Shown piece by piece: positions 61,212-64,000 of a stretch of DNA of 64,000 nt. Origin of the DNA: Alphaproteobacteria bacterium (GTDB lineage: Bacteria; Pseudomonadota; Alphaproteobacteria; CAISOG01); the NCBI GenBank assembly GCA_044345375.1, contig JBIJBF010000003.1:18089-82088 (forward strand), in the 5' to 3' direction. The first letter of the stretch is position 1; the number at the start of each line of letters is the position of its first letter. The position numbers and the translations under genes were made by a program. Under the pieces are notes generated by a model. It saw nothing but the letters and a program-made list of their open reading frames with translations. It did not search any database and was not told where the DNA came from.

Positions 61212-62335
61212 AAATGTTTCTCTGCTTGTGCCATGCGCTGCACCACTTTGCGCATTAAGCTGGATAAGGCCAGGTCGTGTACTGTATCCAGCGACAACCA
61301 TTGATGCGGTTGGGTTGTGACCATAAAGGCGGGCAGGGCGGTATCGTCCACCTGCTGTTGATACAAATGCAGCTGCAGATGAAAGTGGGTAAAGCTGTGG
61401 CGAATCATCGCGATTGGCTGGTAAGGGCGCGTGGGGAAGGGAACGGCTTCAGTGGGAAGATGGATCGGCTGGGCTGCGTTTGGTGGGTTGGGGAGTTCTT
61501 GCAGCGGCAGCGACCAAAGGCCTGCCAGCAATCCATGATCGGGTCTACGCTGCCAAAAACTCTGGCCATCAGGATTTTTTAACCACCAGCCAAGCATATG
61601 GCGGGTGGGTTTGGCGATCCGTGCTGCGATTCTGGGGTAGGCCGCCACCAGATTTTGCTGATAGGCTTGGCAGTGCAACTGTAATGGACAATTTGGACAA
61701 TCAGGCTGGCGTGCGCGACAAACCAAACTGCCCAGCTCCATCATGGCCTGCACCAGATCGCCGCAGCGGTCATTGGCCAGCAGGAACGATCCGGCTTGGG
61801 CAGCCTGTTGGTGCAGCGCTGGCGGGGATTTGTCTAAACAAAGCAGTCTGGCCAGCACGCGCGCCACGTTGGTATCCACCGCCAACACCGGTTGTTCAAA
61901 GGCGATGGCGGCAATCGCCGCGGCGGTATAGGGGCCAAGGCCGGCCAGTTTTTGCAGCTCAACCACCGATTGCGGCCAAACGCCCTGATGCTCCCTCCAC
62001 AATTGCTGAGCCGCCGCGTGCAATTGGTGGGCGCGGCGGTAATAGCCAAGCCCTGACCAAGCCTGCAACACCTGATCAAGGCTGGCGTTGGCCAAATCCT
62101 GCAGGGTGGGAAAGCGATCCAAAAAAGCCGGAAACCGATGGCGAACGGTTGCCACGGTGGTTTGTTGCAGCATCACCTCGCTTAGCCAAACGCGATAAGG
62201 ATCTGGGGTTGTTTGCGCGGAACTTTCGGGGGTTAAGCGCCATGGCAACACACGGCGGTGCTGATCATACCAATCCAACAGCTGGCGACGGATGGCAGCA
62301 GCATCTGTATCGATTGGGGCAGGGGGCGCAAGCAA
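61208..62335 (-). CDS. mutY: A/G-specific adenine DNA glycosylase
   Basis: LLDWYDQHRRVLPWR with a helix-hairpin-helix and the 4Fe-4S cysteine cluster (CRARQPDCPNCPL), plus a C-terminal NUDIX-like domain. Confidence 0.85.
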   Translation of the reverse strand: MLAPPAPIDTDAAAIRRQLLDWYDQHRRVLPWRLTPESSAQTTPDPYRVWLSEVMLQQTTVATVRHRFPAFLDRFPTLQDLANASLDQVLQAWSGLGYYRRAHQLHAAAQQLWREHQGVWPQSVVELQKLAGLGPYTAAAIAAIAFEQPVLAVDTNVARVLARLLCLDKSPPALHQQAAQAGSFLLANDRCGDLVQAMMELGSLVCRARQPDCPNCPLQLHCQAYQQNLVAAYPRIAARIAKPTRHMLGWWLKNPDGQSFWQRRPDHGLLAGLWSLPLQELPNPPNAAQPIHLPTEAVPFPTRPYQPIAMIRHSFTHFHLQLHLYQQQVDDTALPAFMVTTQPHQWLSLDTVHDLALSSLMRKVVQRMAQAEKHF

Positions 62336-62343
62336 GGCTGGGC

Positions 62344-63249
62344 TTAACTGGAGATCGGGGGGCTTGGCTCCTGCGGGGCTGTTTTCGGAAACAGGCCGTG
62401 CCGTGGTTTTTTAGGCCGCCGTGGGATGCCATCGACCACCGACCAAGCCCTGCTGTTGTTCTCATAAGCCTCATTCATTTGCTGAAAACACTGCTGGGCG
62501 ATGGTTTTGCGGTTGTCCCGACTGGTAACCGCTAGGGGAGGCAGAAAATCAACCAACACATGAATCCGTCCAAGCCCCAACATTTTCCAGCCATGCCCCG
62601 CGATGCTCATATCGCCGTACCAAGCCAGGTTGGGCAAATCGTTGCGGCTGACCGGCAGGCCGTTGCAGGCCACATAGTTGATCACCACCGGTTGGATGAT
62701 CAGCGGTTGTTCCGTGAATTGGTTGATAATGCCAAACAGCGATGATTTAAAGGGCAGCAGCCGGCTGCCATCCCCCGAAGTTCCCTCAGGAAACAAAATC
62801 ATCGTATCGCCCTGGCTTAGCCGATTGGTTAGATCCTGCAGTTGGTTGCCGGTTTGGGTGGCGGTGCGCCGCACAAACAGCGTGTTTTGCAATTTGGCCA
62901 GCAGTCCAAACAACGGCCAGCCGGCAATTTCTGATTTGGCGATAAAGCTGGCTGGCAATACAGATCCCAGCACGGTGATGTCCAGGTAAGACATGTGGTT
63001 GCAAACAATCAGGCGGGGTTGCGGTGTTTCTGGGTGGGCAACGGTTTTGCCATGTAGCCGCCCCCTGCGCCGGCCACGCACCACCAGCTTAATCCCGAAC
63101 AGACGACAACAGCTTCGATGATAAAGATTGGGAATCCAATAGACGGCGTTTTTGTATCGGCCTTTGGCAAAATGTTGAACGCCTATTTGTGCAGGAAGCA
63201 GAATCAGGGTTAGTGCCAGAAAAAGCAGCAAACGTGTAAAGGCCAACAT
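62344..63249 (-). CDS. plsC: 1-acyl-sn-glycerol-3-phosphate (lysophospholipid) acyltransferase
   Basis: N-terminal transmembrane helix, H(X)4D-type motif context (CNHMSYLD) and the FPEGT motif. Confidence 0.75.
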   Translation of the reverse strand: MLAFTRLLLFLALTLILLPAQIGVQHFAKGRYKNAVYWIPNLYHRSCCRLFGIKLVVRGRRRGRLHGKTVAHPETPQPRLIVCNHMSYLDITVLGSVLPASFIAKSEIAGWPLFGLLAKLQNTLFVRRTATQTGNQLQDLTNRLSQGDTMILFPEGTSGDGSRLLPFKSSLFGIINQFTEQPLIIQPVVINYVACNGLPVSRNDLPNLAWYGDMSIAGHGWKMLGLGRIHVLVDFLPPLAVTSRDNRKTIAQQCFQQMNEAYENNSRAWSVVDGIPRRPKKPRHGLFPKTAPQEPSPPISS

Positions 63250-63328
63250 ACAATTTATCCCGTTAATGCCGATTGTTTATCCGCATGGCTCCAATTTTAT
63301 CGCGAATTCTTGCGCCATGCAAACCGTC

Positions 63329-64000
63329 TTAAGCCACGGCTTGCAGGCCAGCGTTTTTCAGGGTTAGCACACGATGCGAAAGGGCGGCGACCACGGCGGG
63401 GTCATGGCTGATCAACAGATAGCTAAGCCCATGCTCGCTCTGCAGTTTTTTTAGCAGCGCAATCACCTGCGCCTGGGTTAGGGCATCCAAAGCTGAGGTG
63501 GGCTCATCCAGAATCAACAGGCGGGGGCGCAGGATCAGGGCCCGCGCGATCGCCACCCGTTGCCGCTGGCCGCCGGACAGCTCATGGGGATAGCGGTTGG
63601 CCAGTTCTGGCGCCAGTTCCACCGCCTGCAACGCCTCAGCCACCATCGCATTTTGGGTCGAGGGATCCAGCCGTGGGCGGATCAGCCCCAACCCCTCAGC
63701 CACCAAATCGCCAACCATCATCCGTGGGTTCAGGCTGGAAAAGGGGTCTTGCCAGACCATTTGGATATGCCGCCGCAGGGTGCGCAGGGCATGCCCGCGA
63801 AGTTTCAGCAACCCCTGACCATCAAACTCCACCACGCCACCAGCGGTCGGGATCAGCCGCAACAGGGCCAGCGCGATGCTGGTTTTGCCAGTACCGCTGG
63901 CGCCAATCAGCCCCAGGGTGCGCCCCTGTTCAATCGTGAAATCCGCATCTTTCAGCACGGTGAGCCATCGTCTGCGCCAAAAGGCTAGGGGGCTAGGGTT
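63329..64000 (-). CDS. ABC transporter ATP-binding protein, truncated at the window edge
   Basis: Walker [13 protein letters not shown] signature LSGGQRQR and Walker [13 protein letters not shown]. The N-terminus probably continues beyond position 64000. Confidence 0.8.
   Translation of the reverse strand, partial: NPSPLAFWRRRWLTVLKDADFTIEQGRTLGLIGASGTGKTSIALALLRLIPTAGGVVEFDGQGLLKLRGHALRTLRRHIQMVWQDPFSSLNPRMMVGDLVAEGLGLIRPRLDPSTQNAMVAEALQAVELAPELANRYPHELSGGQRQRVAIARALILRPRLLILDEPTSALDALTQAQVIALLKKLQSEHGLSYLLISHDPAVVAALSHRVLTLKNAGLQAVA

Overview
This window reads as a 64 kb chromosomal segment of a high-GC (about 60%) alphaproteobacterium; the strand-dense housekeeping gene order supports this. 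Left to right it holds: uppS-cdsA-dxr-rseP-bamA-skp-lpxD-fabZ-lpxA, gpmI, an orphan atpD, radC, a GNAT gene, an orphan ftsZ, glyQS-type GlyRS, carA, an M23 peptidase, ybeY-phoH, mgtE, an RNase P RNA (rnpB, found by motif and absent from the ORF track), yebC, a DUF1013 gene, then obg, glnA, pyrD, nuoJKLMN-birA, ddl-ftsQ, der, mutY, plsC and a truncated ABC ATPase. Accessory content sits between these blocks: (i) a compact phage-derived structural and lysis cluster of about 12.4 kb (31.7-44.1 kb). It contains a terminase, a portal, a gp6-like connector, an HK97 prohead protease and capsid, a tail-fibre protein, a holin and a GH108 endolysin. It has no integrase, repressor, replication genes or tRNA/att site, so it looks like a domesticated, GTA-like or defective head-and-lysis element, and a low-GC ParDE toxin-antitoxin pair is inserted between terminase and portal. 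(ii) Three low-GC islets encode repeat proteins that may be effectors: a 612-aa secreted low-complexity protein, a HEAT-repeat protein carrying an internal 195-bp tandem duplication, a Sel1-repeat protein and a 231-aa orphan. (iii) A dispersed REP-like palindromic element of about 50 bp is present at six or more loci and is clustered between rnpB and mgtE. Several canonical operons are visibly broken here (atpD alone, ftsZ apart from ftsQ, carA without carB). All calls rest on reading the sequence and on recognising protein and RNA motifs by eye; no database searches were run.
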